Shown piece by piece: positions 9,710 through 19,264 of a DNA stretch of 64,000 bases (position 1 is its first letter; the number at the start of each line of letters is the position of its first letter). The position numbers and the translations under genes are program-made. Below the pieces are notes generated by a model. That model was given only the letters and a program-made list of their open reading frames with translations, did no database searches and was not told where the DNA came from. The DNA comes from Candidatus Cloacimonadales bacterium (GTDB lineage Bacteria; Cloacimonadota; Cloacimonadia; Cloacimonadales; JAIOQZ01), in contig OY762463.1 in assembly GCA_963665815.1 (NCBI GenBank), positions 2,880,001 through 2,944,000 on the forward strand, given 5' to 3'.

Positions 9710-10489
9710 ATGCTGATTAATCGTGAACAACGGGAAACGCTGAATGAACTCTTTGATAAGCTTAAATTAAACAACAAATCAGGAAAAGATAAGGATGCCA
9801 AGATTGAGCAGATTATTGCCTATCTCGAAGTCATCCACTCATTTACCAGAAAATACTCTAAAAAGAAGACGCTTGTACTGATTGAGAGCTGTGCGGGAAA
9901 CGGCTATTTGAGTATGCTTGTTGCCTATTTCTACAAGTATATTGATCCGAGAAAAATTGAGATTCATTGTGTAGATATCAATGCGGAATTGATGGAAAAG
10001 GCTCAAGGGACAGCATCTGAATTCGGACTAAACATGTATTTTCATGCTATGGATGTACAAGACTACAATCCTGTATCTGATGTGCATGCTGTATATTCCC
10101 TGCATGCCTGTGACACTGCAACAGACAAGACCCTGCATCTGGGTGTAAAAGTAAATGCAAAACTGATTCTGTCCGTTTCATGCTGTCAGCACACAATAAA
10201 GAAAGAATTCAGGCAGAAAAAACTGAAAAGTATAACAAAACACAGCATATTTAAAGACCGATTTATCTATATGCTGGGGGATTCTCTGAGAAGTCTGCTT
10301 ATGGAAATGAATGGATATAAGACGAATATCTTTGAGTTCGTCTCTTCGAGATATACAGATAAAAATGTCATGCTGAGAGCTCAGAGATCAAACCTTATAG
10401 CAAAAGATGAAGCTGTAAGTGAGTACAAAATGCTGACCAGTGATTTCGCTCTGAAACCGGTTCTGGAGAAATATCTGGTGATAAAATAA
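9710..10489 (+). CDS. SAM-dependent methyltransferase (Methyltransf_32-like)
   Basis: ESCAGNGYLS motif I, CVD, and the SLHACDTATD...SCC signature. Confidence 0.8.
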   Translation: MLINREQRETLNELFDKLKLNNKSGKDKDAKIEQIIAYLEVIHSFTRKYSKKKTLVLIESCAGNGYLSMLVAYFYKYIDPRKIEIHCVDINAELMEKAQGTASEFGLNMYFHAMDVQDYNPVSDVHAVYSLHACDTATDKTLHLGVKVNAKLILSVSCCQHTIKKEFRQKKLKSITKHSIFKDRFIYMLGDSLRSLLMEMNGYKTNIFEFVSSRYTDKNVMLRAQRSNLIAKDEAVSEYKMLTSDFALKPVLEKYLVIK

Positions 10490-10500
10490 TTCTAAAAAAA

Positions 10501-10528
10501 GAGCAGGGGAAGTCAAATTCCTCTGCTC
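10501..10528. terminator. Terminator between convergent genes
   Basis: gagcaggggaa/ttcctctgctc stem with an A run on its left. Confidence 0.7.
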
Positions 10529-10550
10529 AATTTGCTTAAGTTATATAAAA

Positions 10551-11096
10551 CTATCTACACCACTCACTTCTCAATATCGAGTATATAAGCTGATCCTGCT
10601 TTTCCTCTCCGAACCAGTAATGCTCTCTCATTCTGGCATCTACTTTGAATCCGAATTTTTGCAGTAACTTGTTAGAAGCTGTATTTCCTTCGGCAGTTTC
10701 TGCTACTATCTTATTCAGTTTCATTTCTTCGTCAGAAAAGAATTCTGTCAGAAGTGTTTCCATCATTGCTATTCCATAGCCCTTCCCTCTGAACTCCGGA
10801 GGAAAGTAATAACCGATCTCTATGGATTTGTTTCTTCCGTTGTAATCGAAAGCCTGGAGTCTGCCAACTGCCTGTTCTGTTTCGGAATCAACAATAATAT
10901 AGTTGTCCATTTGTCCGCTGAGAATATTCCTTGCCATTAGCGGATAAAACCTTTCGAAAGTCATATGCTTTTCATATTCATTATCGATTTCATCACAGCT
11001 ATAAAGGTCTTTTCTTTTCTCAGCGATATTCCATTTGTAGATAGATCTGATATGTTCGATGTCATCTTTAGTAAGTTTGATAAGTTTCACATTCAT
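10551..11096 (-). CDS. GNAT N-acetyltransferase (RimJ/RimL-like)
   Basis: EIGY...FRGKGYG, N-x-AS-x-x-LL-x-KFGF and YSILRSEW motifs. Confidence 0.88.
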   Translation of the reverse strand: MNVKLIKLTKDDIEHIRSIYKWNIAEKRKDLYSCDEIDNEYEKHMTFERFYPLMARNILSGQMDNYIIVDSETEQAVGRLQAFDYNGRNKSIEIGYYFPPEFRGKGYGIAMMETLLTEFFSDEEMKLNKIVAETAEGNTASNKLLQKFGFKVDARMREHYWFGEEKQDQLIYSILRSEWCR

Positions 11097-11109
11097 AAAA
11101 TACTTCCTC

Positions 11110-12159
11110 TTATTTCACTTCGTAAATGAAAATTGTATCAGTAGAAGTCAGCAATAATATATTGCTTTCTGTATCCTATAATATTTTGTTATTCTCATAT
11201 CTGGGATTTTCATTAATATAATTACATATAGTATTTCCATCAAGATCAAAAATGAATATACTACTCTTATATTTTTTTGCAAAATCGGGTGCATATCCTG
11301 AACATGTTTCTGCAATAATCCATTTATTCACAGGGCAATACACTATATCACTGTATGCTTGAAGAGATTCAAACTTTCTTTGACCATTCAAATTGTACAT
11401 CCTTGGTTCTGGCATATCCACATTCTTAAATCCTGGTGGATAGACATCCGCAAGTAAAGAATCATTCTTGAAGAGCTTTATCTTAAAATCAGGAAATGCT
11501 CTTGATTCGCATCTGATTTGTTCATTTTCTGTTATTGGTAGATAAATGGACATATTGTGAAAGAAATTAGCAAAAGGAGATGAGTAATCTCCTTCCAAAT
11601 CAACAGTTTCTATTCTGTAACTGAAAGATTGATCATTTAGATCAATAACCACAACATTTCCCTCTTCTTGGGCTGAAAACATATTTGACAAGTAAAGTTT
11701 ATTATTCGAGATTACTATTCTGGAGGGTTTGATTGGTAAGCTGATATCTTGACTAAACTCGAATAATGAATCAAGAACTACTATTTTACGACCATCAGAA
11801 TCACAACAATAGTATTTACTGTCAAAATTATTGAATTCAAAATCACTGAACCAGACAAATTCACCTGGTCCCTTACCTTTAGAAAGCTGAACTTTACGTT
11901 TTAACTGGCTATTATTTCCAAATTTATTTTTATCAAATATAATAAGCTCATAAGTATCCTTATTGAAAATCACAATTTCATTTGATGAATTGAGTTTAAT
12001 GCTTTCAGGATTTAACTCGTGTTCAATATCATTTGCATCTGTGTATACTTGTATAGAATCAACCAGGTTTATACTTACAGATTTCTCAATTTTCTTTTGT
12101 CTAGTACCGCAAGAAATAATAAATATGAGCAGCAGTATAAAAAGCTGATGAAACTTCAT
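11110..12159 (-). pseudogene. 6-bladed beta-propeller lipoprotein with an in-frame TAG near its C-terminus
   Basis: Lipobox IISC and GKGPGEF motif. After the TAG at 11178-11176 the frame continues DTESNILLLTSTDTIFIYEVK-TAA(11112-11110), abutting the SD of the GNAT gene. Confidence 0.65.
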
Positions 12160-12300
12160 CTAAGAACCTCCAACATCAGAATACTGTGAACAGTAAACTG
12201 AATACATTTTTTTGTATAACTCATTTTTCTCCAGTAGAAATTCATGTTTTCCCTGGCAGGCAATGTTATTATTTGAAATCAGTATAATATTGTCAGCCAA
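12160..12300 (-). pseudogene. 3' remnant of an ABC exporter (C-terminus of the nucleotide-binding domain)
   Basis: Translates as LADNIILISNNNIACQGKHEFLLEKNELYKKMY...GGS*, matching the ADxIxVxxxGxIxExGxHxELLxxxxxYxxLY tail of MsbA/PCAT-type exporters. No start; its stop abuts the lipoprotein ATG. Confidence 0.7.
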
Positions 12301-12518
12301 CTGACTGTTCTGTTTCGGAATCAACAATAATATAGTTGTTCATTTGTCAGATGAGAATAGTCCTTGCTATCAGTGGATAAAACCTTTCGAAAGTCATATT
12401 CATTATCGATTTCATCACAGCTATAAAGGTCTTTTCTTTTCTCAGGGATATTCCATTTGTAGATAGTTCTGATATGTTCGACATAGTCTTTAGTCAGTTT
12501 GATAAGTTTCACACTCAT
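12296..12518 (-). pseudogene. Truncated, frameshifted duplicate of the GNAT gene at 10551-11096
   Basis: Near-identical DNA to 10863-11096, with an 11-nt deletion between tcatat microhomologies; homology stops at ~12296. Confidence 0.88.
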
Positions 12519-12668
12519 AAAATTCTTCCTTTTCTTCGATAGAGCAATTTATGGGAGGTTTGATATAGAAATCAAGTTTTTTTTAGCATAGAATCTTTAA
12601 ATTATTTTATAGACAAAAACGCAGAGCTTTTTTTTATTATGGAAATCAAATTATCTGAGAGGTGAATT

Positions 12669-13151
12669 ATGAAGACTATTGTAGAATCAATTAATATACC
12701 TGAAGGTGCAAATATAATCTTCGGAATGTCTCACTTTATCAAGACTGCCGAAGACCTTTATGAAGCTATAATCAACGTTAATCCCGGAATAAAGTTCGGA
12801 GTAGCGTTCAACGAAGCATCCGGTCCGTGCCTTGTGCGCGTGGAAGGCAATGACGATGAACTGAAGAAGATTGCTGCTGATAATATGCTGAGACTTGGCT
12901 GTGGTCATACATTTCTGATAATTCTGGGGAATGTTTTTCCAATTAATGTTATGCCATCTGTAAAAGCATGCCGAGAGGTTGTGAATATTTTCTGCGCAAC
13001 AGCAAATCCTGTTCAGGTAATTATTGCGGAAACTGATCAGGGTCGCGGAGTCATGGGAGTAATCGACGGATTTACACAGAAAGGAATAGAAACTGACGAA
13101 GATATCAAAAAACGCAAAGATTTTCTACGTATGATTGGTTATAAGAGATAA
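12669..13151 (+). CDS. Adenosine-specific kinase family protein (DUF355)
   Basis: [24 protein letters not shown] and CATANPVQV motifs; C-terminal LRMIGYKR. Confidence 0.85.
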   Translation: MKTIVESINIPEGANIIFGMSHFIKTAEDLYEAIINVNPGIKFGVAFNEASGPCLVRVEGNDDELKKIAADNMLRLGCGHTFLIILGNVFPINVMPSVKACREVVNIFCATANPVQVIIAETDQGRGVMGVIDGFTQKGIETDEDIKKRKDFLRMIGYKR

Positions 13152-13693
13152 TGCGAGCATTTACTGCCTTTAATCTGCCTGCTGAGATGAAAGAAAGCTT
13201 CTCAGAAGTTATAGATAACCTCAGATCGGTCTGTGGTAACAGTGTTAAATGGGTTGAGGATGAAAATCTGCATATTACACTGCTTTTTCTGGGAGATATA
13301 CCTCCTTCGGCAGTGAAAGATATAGACTATTATATGAATGATCTGCTTTCCGGTTTTGGTAGTTTTGAAGTGAAGGATCCGATTATTGAGGTTATGCCCG
13401 GGAAAAATCCGAGAATAATCTGGGTGCGTTTTGAAACAGAAAGGGAAGATGTAAAGGCTTTACCAAAGCGCTTGAGAAACAGACTTGATTTTCTCGATAT
13501 AGAGAATAAGAAATTTAAAATGCATGTTACGCTCGGAAGAGTAAAAAAAACATTGAATAATCAGATGGTACAACATATTTTGACATCGGAAATCAAACCG
13601 GATAAATGCCAGATTGAAGAAGCTGCTCTCTATAAAAGCATCTTAAGACCGCAGGGACCGGTATATGAAACAATAAAACAATACGAACTTTGA
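13151..13693 (+). CDS. thpR: RNA 2',3'-cyclic phosphodiesterase (2H phosphoesterase)
   Basis: Two HxT motifs (HITL, HVTL); MRAF N-terminus; S-x-L-x-P-x-GP-x-Y C-terminus. Confidence 0.88.
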   Translation: MRAFTAFNLPAEMKESFSEVIDNLRSVCGNSVKWVEDENLHITLLFLGDIPPSAVKDIDYYMNDLLSGFGSFEVKDPIIEVMPGKNPRIIWVRFETEREDVKALPKRLRNRLDFLDIENKKFKMHVTLGRVKKTLNNQMVQHILTSEIKPDKCQIEEAALYKSILRPQGPVYETIKQYEL

Positions 13694-13714
13694 TATTGAT
13701 AATTCGGAGGAATA

Positions 13715-14758
13715 ATGGCTGACAAAACAAAAGATGCTTCTTTAAAAAACACAATATCTCAACTTGAGAAGAAATATGGTGTCGGTGCAATCATGAGAAT
13801 GGGCGACAAACCCAAACTCACTGTTGATGTAATCCCGACTGGTGCTTTAAACCTGGATGCTGCTCTGGGAATCGGTGGAATCCCTAAAGGCAGAATTACC
13901 GAAATTTACGGTGCTGAAGCATCCGGTAAAACAACTCTTTCACTGCATATTGCAGCGGAAGCTCAGAAATTAGGTGGAACAATAGCATTTATTGATGCTG
14001 AACATGCTCTTGATCCAATCTATGCAAAGAAACTTGGTGTTGATACTGACAGTATGCTGATCTCTCAACCGGACGGTGGAGAACAGGCACTGGAAATTGT
14101 GGAAGCACTTGTCCGTAGTAACGCAATCGATCTTATTATTGTTGACTCTGTTGCTGCTCTTGTACCAAGACAGGAAATCGAAGGAAATATGGGTGACAGC
14201 CATGTTGGTATTCAGGCACGACTTATGTCTCAGGCTCTGAGAAAGCTGACTGGTATTGTAAGTAAATCCAATACTGCTGTAATCTTCATTAATCAGACAC
14301 GTATGAAGATTGGTGTTGCCCCTTACATGAATCCTGAAACAACTACCGGTGGTGTAGCTCTTAAATTCTATTCATCTTTAAGACTGGAAGTAAGAGGATC
14401 AGGATCAATCAAGGAAACATCCAGTTCCGGTGCTGAAATTGTTGGTAAAACAACAAAAGTAAAAGTTGTGAAAAACAAGTTTGCTCCACCTTTCAAAACT
14501 GTTGATTTCCCGATTATCTTTGGAATCGGTATTTCTCATATTCACATTATTCTTGATTTGAGTGTTAAGCATAATATCATCAAGAAGAGCGGTTCCTGGT
14601 ATTCTTACGGTGAAATCCGTCTGGGTCAGGGAGCTGAAAAAGTAAGTGAATTCCTGAAGCAGAATCCTGAAATCCTGACAGAGATTGAAGACAAAATCAA
14701 AGTAGAGCTGGGAATGATTGAAGTAGAAGCAGATGAAAAATCTGAAGATAAAGAATAA
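13715..14758 (+). CDS. recA: Recombinase RecA
   Basis: GAEASGKTT Walker [31 protein letters not shown]. Confidence 0.99.
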   Translation: MADKTKDASLKNTISQLEKKYGVGAIMRMGDKPKLTVDVIPTGALNLDAALGIGGIPKGRITEIYGAEASGKTTLSLHIAAEAQKLGGTIAFIDAEHALDPIYAKKLGVDTDSMLISQPDGGEQALEIVEALVRSNAIDLIIVDSVAALVPRQEIEGNMGDSHVGIQARLMSQALRKLTGIVSKSNTAVIFINQTRMKIGVAPYMNPETTTGGVALKFYSSLRLEVRGSGSIKETSSSGAEIVGKTTKVKVVKNKFAPPFKTVDFPIIFGIGISHIHIILDLSVKHNIIKKSGSWYSYGEIRLGQGAEKVSEFLKQNPEILTEIEDKIKVELGMIEVEADEKSEDKE

Positions 14759-15353
14759 GACTAAAACAATCTATCTTGTTGAAGTTGAAAACAATATTAT
14801 AGGGACTCTACCGGGTAGAGTCCTTTTTAACTATGTAGAGCAGGTTTTCTACGAACAAACTATATCTGAGGAAGACTACGAAAAACTCTTCGACAGAATG
14901 AAAGATTACGCCAGAGAACTGCTCTATAAACAACTCAGCAGACAGGAGCGTTGTTTGCACGATTGCCGGGAGTTCCTGAGACAAAAGCATTTTTGCTATG
15001 AAATCCGGGAAGAACTGCTGAAAACAGCACAGGATAAGAATTTTATCAACGATGCCAGATTTTGTGATTTATATGTCAACTCCATGGTGTTGAGAAACAA
15101 GTCAGAGCAGTGGATAAGACAGAATCTGATGATGAAGAAAATTGATTCTCAGATTGTAGATAAAACAATCCGGGAAGTTATGTCCGGAGAAGTGAAGAAT
15201 GAAATTCTACAGGAAGAAGTGGCTAAAGCTCTGCGCCGATACGACAGATTCGACTATTATAAGAAAAGGGAGAAGGTTATCGCATCACTGTATAGAAAAG
15301 GTTTCAGATTTGATGAGATTTCCGGGGAGCTGGAGAGGCAGATAAAAGAATGA
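14733..15353 (+). CDS. recX: Regulatory protein RecX
   Basis: Overlaps the recA end; FINDARF and LYRKGF motifs. Confidence 0.8.
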   Translation: MKNLKIKNKTKTIYLVEVENNIIGTLPGRVLFNYVEQVFYEQTISEEDYEKLFDRMKDYARELLYKQLSRQERCLHDCREFLRQKHFCYEIREELLKTAQDKNFINDARFCDLYVNSMVLRNKSEQWIRQNLMMKKIDSQIVDKTIREVMSGEVKNEILQEEVAKALRRYDRFDYYKKREKVIASLYRKGFRFDEISGELERQIKE

Positions 15354-15380
15354 ATCAAGGGTGACAGTATCATATACAAA

Positions 15381-15405
15381 AGAGACGCTCGTTAAAAGCG
15401 TCTCT
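15381..15405. terminator. Hairpin between recX and the convergent gene
   Basis: agagacgct/agcgtctct perfect 9-bp stem. Confidence 0.65.
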
Positions 15406-15506
15406 GAAATATACATAGTTAGCTATCCAGAAATTTTCATTTCTGTCACGCTGAATAATGCAAACCAAAGTTTAACTATTAATTGTTAAACTTAGATCCA
15501 ACTGCA

Positions 15507-17765
15507 TTATTTCATCAATACAATCTTACGAGTTTCGATATGATTTCCGGTAATCATCTTCACAAAGTATACACCGGACGAAACAGATTTTCCTGATTCT
15601 GAGTCCCCATGCCAGACAACATTATGATCACCTGCTGAGACAGATTTATCCACCAGAGTTTTAACTCTCTGACCTTTCATGTTGTACACTGAAACCTGAA
15701 CATCTGTTTCTTCCTTAACAGAGTAATCTATGTTTGTTTCAGGATTGAATGGGTTAGGGTAAATTCCCAGGATTCCCAGTTTTGTAAATTCTTCTGGCTT
15801 ATCATCATCCAATGATACTGAAACAGGTCCGTAGAACTCTGTATTTCCTGACATTGATACAGACTCAAGCCAATAGTAGTAGGTGTTATCCAGTTCAACT
15901 TCATCATCACAGAAGTCATAGTTATGTTCTGTAGACAGATTACTTGCAGTTATTATTGATGTGTTAACCTTAAGAGCACCATTCAGGCTGTTCATTTCGT
16001 TCCTGAAGATGTTATAACCGCTCATATCAGTTTCAGACTTTGTAATCCAGTTAAGTTCAACAAAGTTGCTGTTAGTTCTACTTGCATTGAAAGAAGAAAG
16101 TGTAACCGGAAGTGAATTGTCATTACCACCGGCAGGCACAAACTCAGAGAATACGTTAAGTCCCTGGATTGTTATGTATGGATAGTTGTAGACCAATGTT
16201 GCACCGAGATCGACAACTACATCCTGCCATGGAGAGCTGTCATCATCTCTTTTGAGGAAGCTAAGTGTAGCAAAGTTTTCTATCCCTTCAACCTCACTGA
16301 GGTCGAATGTAATATCGTAAGTTCCAACGTCACCTGCGGAAGATTCCACATGCCAGTAGTTATTCGCAATGTTAACGATATTTGCAGGGAGGTTACCCAC
16401 AACATTCGGTTCATTGAAGTTCTGGGTCAGATCTATAGTTGTTTCCAGGTGATTACCTGTAAACTGGAGTCTTACATCTGCATCCATGAAATTAAATTCA
16501 TCATTGCTATTTGCAGGGATAGTAATTTGAGTATTTACCGGCGGTAAGATATAGTCAGCAATTTCATAAAAGTAAGCAGCTCCGGTTAAAACAGCATTAC
16601 TGTATGCATTTGGAGCGCCAATAAGAACACGGTTATTATCCATGGCTATGTTTGCACCAAATATATATCCATCACCACCGTCACTGGCGAGAAATTTCTG
16701 CTGTTCATTCCAGGATGTACCGTCAAAATGATAGATGTAAGCAGAACCTGAAGAAGCACCAAGCTGATCATCATAATTTGCACCCAATAATGCATAGTTT
16801 TCTGTGATTGATACAGTATAGCCTAACCAGTCTCCTTCATCTCCGTCTGACGCCAGAAGTTTCTGCTGCTCAATCCATGTTGTCCCGTCAAAGTAATATA
16901 CATAAGCAGCACCTGCTGAATTAATGTTGTCATCATCTCCTAACGCACCTACAATTGCACGGTCTTCAAAAATTGAGACTCCTATACCGAAAAAATCTCC
17001 CGGTTCAAGAGTCGCGGGAGTAAGCTTCTGCTGCTCGAACCAAATTGCTCCGTCATAGTGAAAAATGTATGCTGAGCCTGTATGAGTTCCATCACCATCT
17101 GCATAGGCTCCCACAATAACATTATCATTATTAATTGAAGTGACGATTCCGAATTTATCTCCGGCTGCACCGTCGGAAGGCAACAGTTTCTGTTGTTCTA
17201 CCCAGTTTACACCGTTAAAGTGGAATATGTATACCGAGCCGGACTCAACCCCATTGGTACCATCTCCATATGCTCCAACCACTGCATAATCGCCGGAAAT
17301 TGAGACAAAACAGCCGAAATATTGATCCGCACAGGCATCGGAAGAAGTCAGTTTCTGCTGTTGTATCCAGCTTGAGCCATCATAATGGTAAATATATGCA
17401 GAACCCGACCAGTTGCCATCTTCATCATCGCCTACACATCCAATAATTACATTGTCTCCTGATATTGAAGCTTTATAGCCGAACCAGTCACCTGCTGCAC
17501 CATCTGGTGGTATTAACTTCTGTTGTTCAACCCAGTTTGTTCCATTGTAGTGATAAATATAAGCTGAACCTGAATCTTGTCCGTTATCATCATCTTTAAT
17601 AGCTCCGACAACAGCATAATCCCCGGAGACTGAGATAGCAGATCCAAATCCGTCAGAATCAGCCCCATCTGAATCAATAAGCTTTTGATTTTCATTTTGA
17701 ATTGTTGTTGCCGTTAAAACTAAACAAGAAATGAGAAAAATCATAAGTAAACCTGTTTTTTTCAT
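15507..17765 (-). CDS. Secreted FG-GAP repeat beta-propeller protein with FlgD-Ig/T9SS-type C-terminal domain
   Basis: About 7 repeats of ~55 aa (QQKL-x-x-SDG-x-x-GD-x-FG-x-x-VSI-x-GD...GSAYIYH); LPVTLSSF linker; IYPNPFNP...KIVLMK tail. Confidence 0.88.
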   Translation of the reverse strand: MKKTGLLMIFLISCLVLTATTIQNENQKLIDSDGADSDGFGSAISVSGDYAVVGAIKDDDNGQDSGSAYIYHYNGTNWVEQQKLIPPDGAAGDWFGYKASISGDNVIIGCVGDDEDGNWSGSAYIYHYDGSSWIQQQKLTSSDACADQYFGCFVSISGDYAVVGAYGDGTNGVESGSVYIFHFNGVNWVEQQKLLPSDGAAGDKFGIVTSINNDNVIVGAYADGDGTHTGSAYIFHYDGAIWFEQQKLTPATLEPGDFFGIGVSIFEDRAIVGALGDDDNINSAGAAYVYYFDGTTWIEQQKLLASDGDEGDWLGYTVSITENYALLGANYDDQLGASSGSAYIYHFDGTSWNEQQKFLASDGGDGYIFGANIAMDNNRVLIGAPNAYSNAVLTGAAYFYEIADYILPPVNTQITIPANSNDEFNFMDADVRLQFTGNHLETTIDLTQNFNEPNVVGNLPANIVNIANNYWHVESSAGDVGTYDITFDLSEVEGIENFATLSFLKRDDDSSPWQDVVVDLGATLVYNYPYITIQGLNVFSEFVPAGGNDNSLPVTLSSFNASRTNSNFVELNWITKSETDMSGYNIFRNEMNSLNGALKVNTSIITASNLSTEHNYDFCDDEVELDNTYYYWLESVSMSGNTEFYGPVSVSLDDDKPEEFTKLGILGIYPNPFNPETNIDYSVKEETDVQVSVYNMKGQRVKTLVDKSVSAGDHNVVWHGDSESGKSVSSGVYFVKMITGNHIETRKIVLMK

Positions 17766-18142
17766 AAGCTTCTCCTCTGTGTTCTGTGATATATTGTTTT
17801 TTAAAAAAGTAATAAATCGGATTTATGTCAATAAAAAAAGTGTTGTTACTATATTTTATCTCTTGCGAATAATATACTTGTACAATTGGTAACAGTGACC
17901 GGTATATTTATTCTTGTTATAACGGTGAAGATTTCTGGTTTTGAATAAGTATGCAGTTGAACAGTACTAATGACGGTAAAGGAATATAGATTGTGAGGAT
18001 TATTTATTACTCGACAATCATATTACGATGCGATTTCTTTCTGAATTTATTGAGCTGATAGATTGTGCATTATCCATTCTGAATCTGATTCGTACCTTTT
18101 TCTTTTGACAAAAAGTAGCGGTTCGTAAAACAATACACCACT

Positions 18143-18778
18143 ATGGAAAAAAGTATAAACGGATTCTTTTCAAGACATAACGAAAAGCTCCTGAACGCTG
18201 TCAGGAAGTACACTGTCGGGATTGCCGGCTGTGGAGGTCTTGGGTCTAACATTGCCTTTGCTCTGGTACGTATCGGCATAAAAAGAATTGTTATGGCAGA
18301 TTTCGATGTGGTTGAACCGCATAATCTGAATCGTCAGCAGTTTTTTATGGATCAGATAGGAAAACCCAAAGCAGAAGCTCTTAGTGATAACCTTAAGAGA
18401 ATCAGTCCTTGTACTGATATTGAATTCCATGTGAAGAAAATAAATGAAGATAACATTGATGAGCTTTTCGGAAATGTGGATATTATGGCTGAGGCCTTCG
18501 ATAGAGCTGAAATGAAAAAAATGCTCATTGAAGAATGGCTGATCAAATATCCCGAAAAGTCTATTGTGGCTGCATCCGGAATAGCCGGATATGGCAGAAA
18601 TGATATACTGAAAACTCGAAAAATTGGTAACCTGTATGTCTGCGGAGATGAATGCTCTGAGCTGGAGGAAAATGTATCTCCTACGGCACCGAGAGTTGCA
18701 ATTGCGGCTAACATGCAGGCTAATCAGATAATAGAAATTATTATGGAGAAAGAATATGGTTCAACAGATAATGGTTAA
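18143..18778 (+). CDS. thiF: ThiF-family E1-like sulfur-carrier adenylyltransferase
   Basis: GCGGLGS, DFDVVEPHNLNRQ, EAFD and YVCGD motifs. Confidence 0.85.
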   Translation: MEKSINGFFSRHNEKLLNAVRKYTVGIAGCGGLGSNIAFALVRIGIKRIVMADFDVVEPHNLNRQQFFMDQIGKPKAEALSDNLKRISPCTDIEFHVKKINEDNIDELFGNVDIMAEAFDRAEMKKMLIEEWLIKYPEKSIVAASGIAGYGRNDILKTRKIGNLYVCGDECSELEENVSPTAPRVAIAANMQANQIIEIIMEKEYGSTDNG

Positions 18779-18962
18779 TGGAAGCAGTATGGACTGGGAA
18801 CAGGACTTGACCATTAAAGGAGTTTTGAAACGTAAAAACTATACTTTCAAACTGTTAGTCGTAAAGGTTAACGGAAAACTGATAAAAAAAGATAAATACG
18901 ATACAACAACAATACCGCCCGGAGCTAGTGTGCAGGTTCTGCATCTGATGAGTGGTGGATAA
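18756..18962 (+). CDS. thiS: ThiS/MoaD-like sulfur carrier (ubiquitin-like)
   Basis: 68 aa, two VNG motifs, C-terminal GG. Confidence 0.85.
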   Translation: MVQQIMVNGSSMDWEQDLTIKGVLKRKNYTFKLLVVKVNGKLIKKDKYDTTTIPPGASVQVLHLMSGG

Positions 18963-18972
18963 GGAGACTTAT

Positions 18973-19254
18973 ATGTTTAAAACTAATGAATACTTTGATG
19001 GTAAAGTAAAATCAATTGCTTTTGATACAAATGACGGACCTGCTACAATAGGTGTTATGGCAGGAGGTGAATATGAGTTTGGGACATCCACAGTAGAATA
19101 TATGACTGTTATTGAAGGTGTTATGGTTGTTCTCCTTCCGGGAGAAGAAGAGTGGAAAACTTTTGCAAAGGGAGAAACTTTCATAGTTCAGAAAGATAAA
19201 AAATTCAATCTGAAAATAGAAGGGAATGCGGCATATTTATGTCTCTATAAATAG
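18973..19254 (+). CDS. ppnP: Pyrimidine/purine nucleoside phosphorylase
   Basis: [17 protein letters not shown]...GEYEFGT...AYLCLY; ATG 18973 follows aggag. Confidence 0.9.
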   Translation: MFKTNEYFDGKVKSIAFDTNDGPATIGVMAGGEYEFGTSTVEYMTVIEGVMVVLLPGEEEWKTFAKGETFIVQKDKKFNLKIEGNAAYLCLYK

Positions 19255-19264
19255 CGGAGGATAA

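Noticed and set aside
11176-11178. Genome-wide TAG recoding or pyrrolysine
   Set aside because: TAG terminates gpmA, mnmE and the secreted protein at 9339 at their expected C-termini, and no pyl genes are in the window.
17770-18142. TPP riboswitch or small gene upstream of thiF
   Set aside because: No CTGAGA/ACCTGA-type core is visible, and the reading frames are short and broken by stops.
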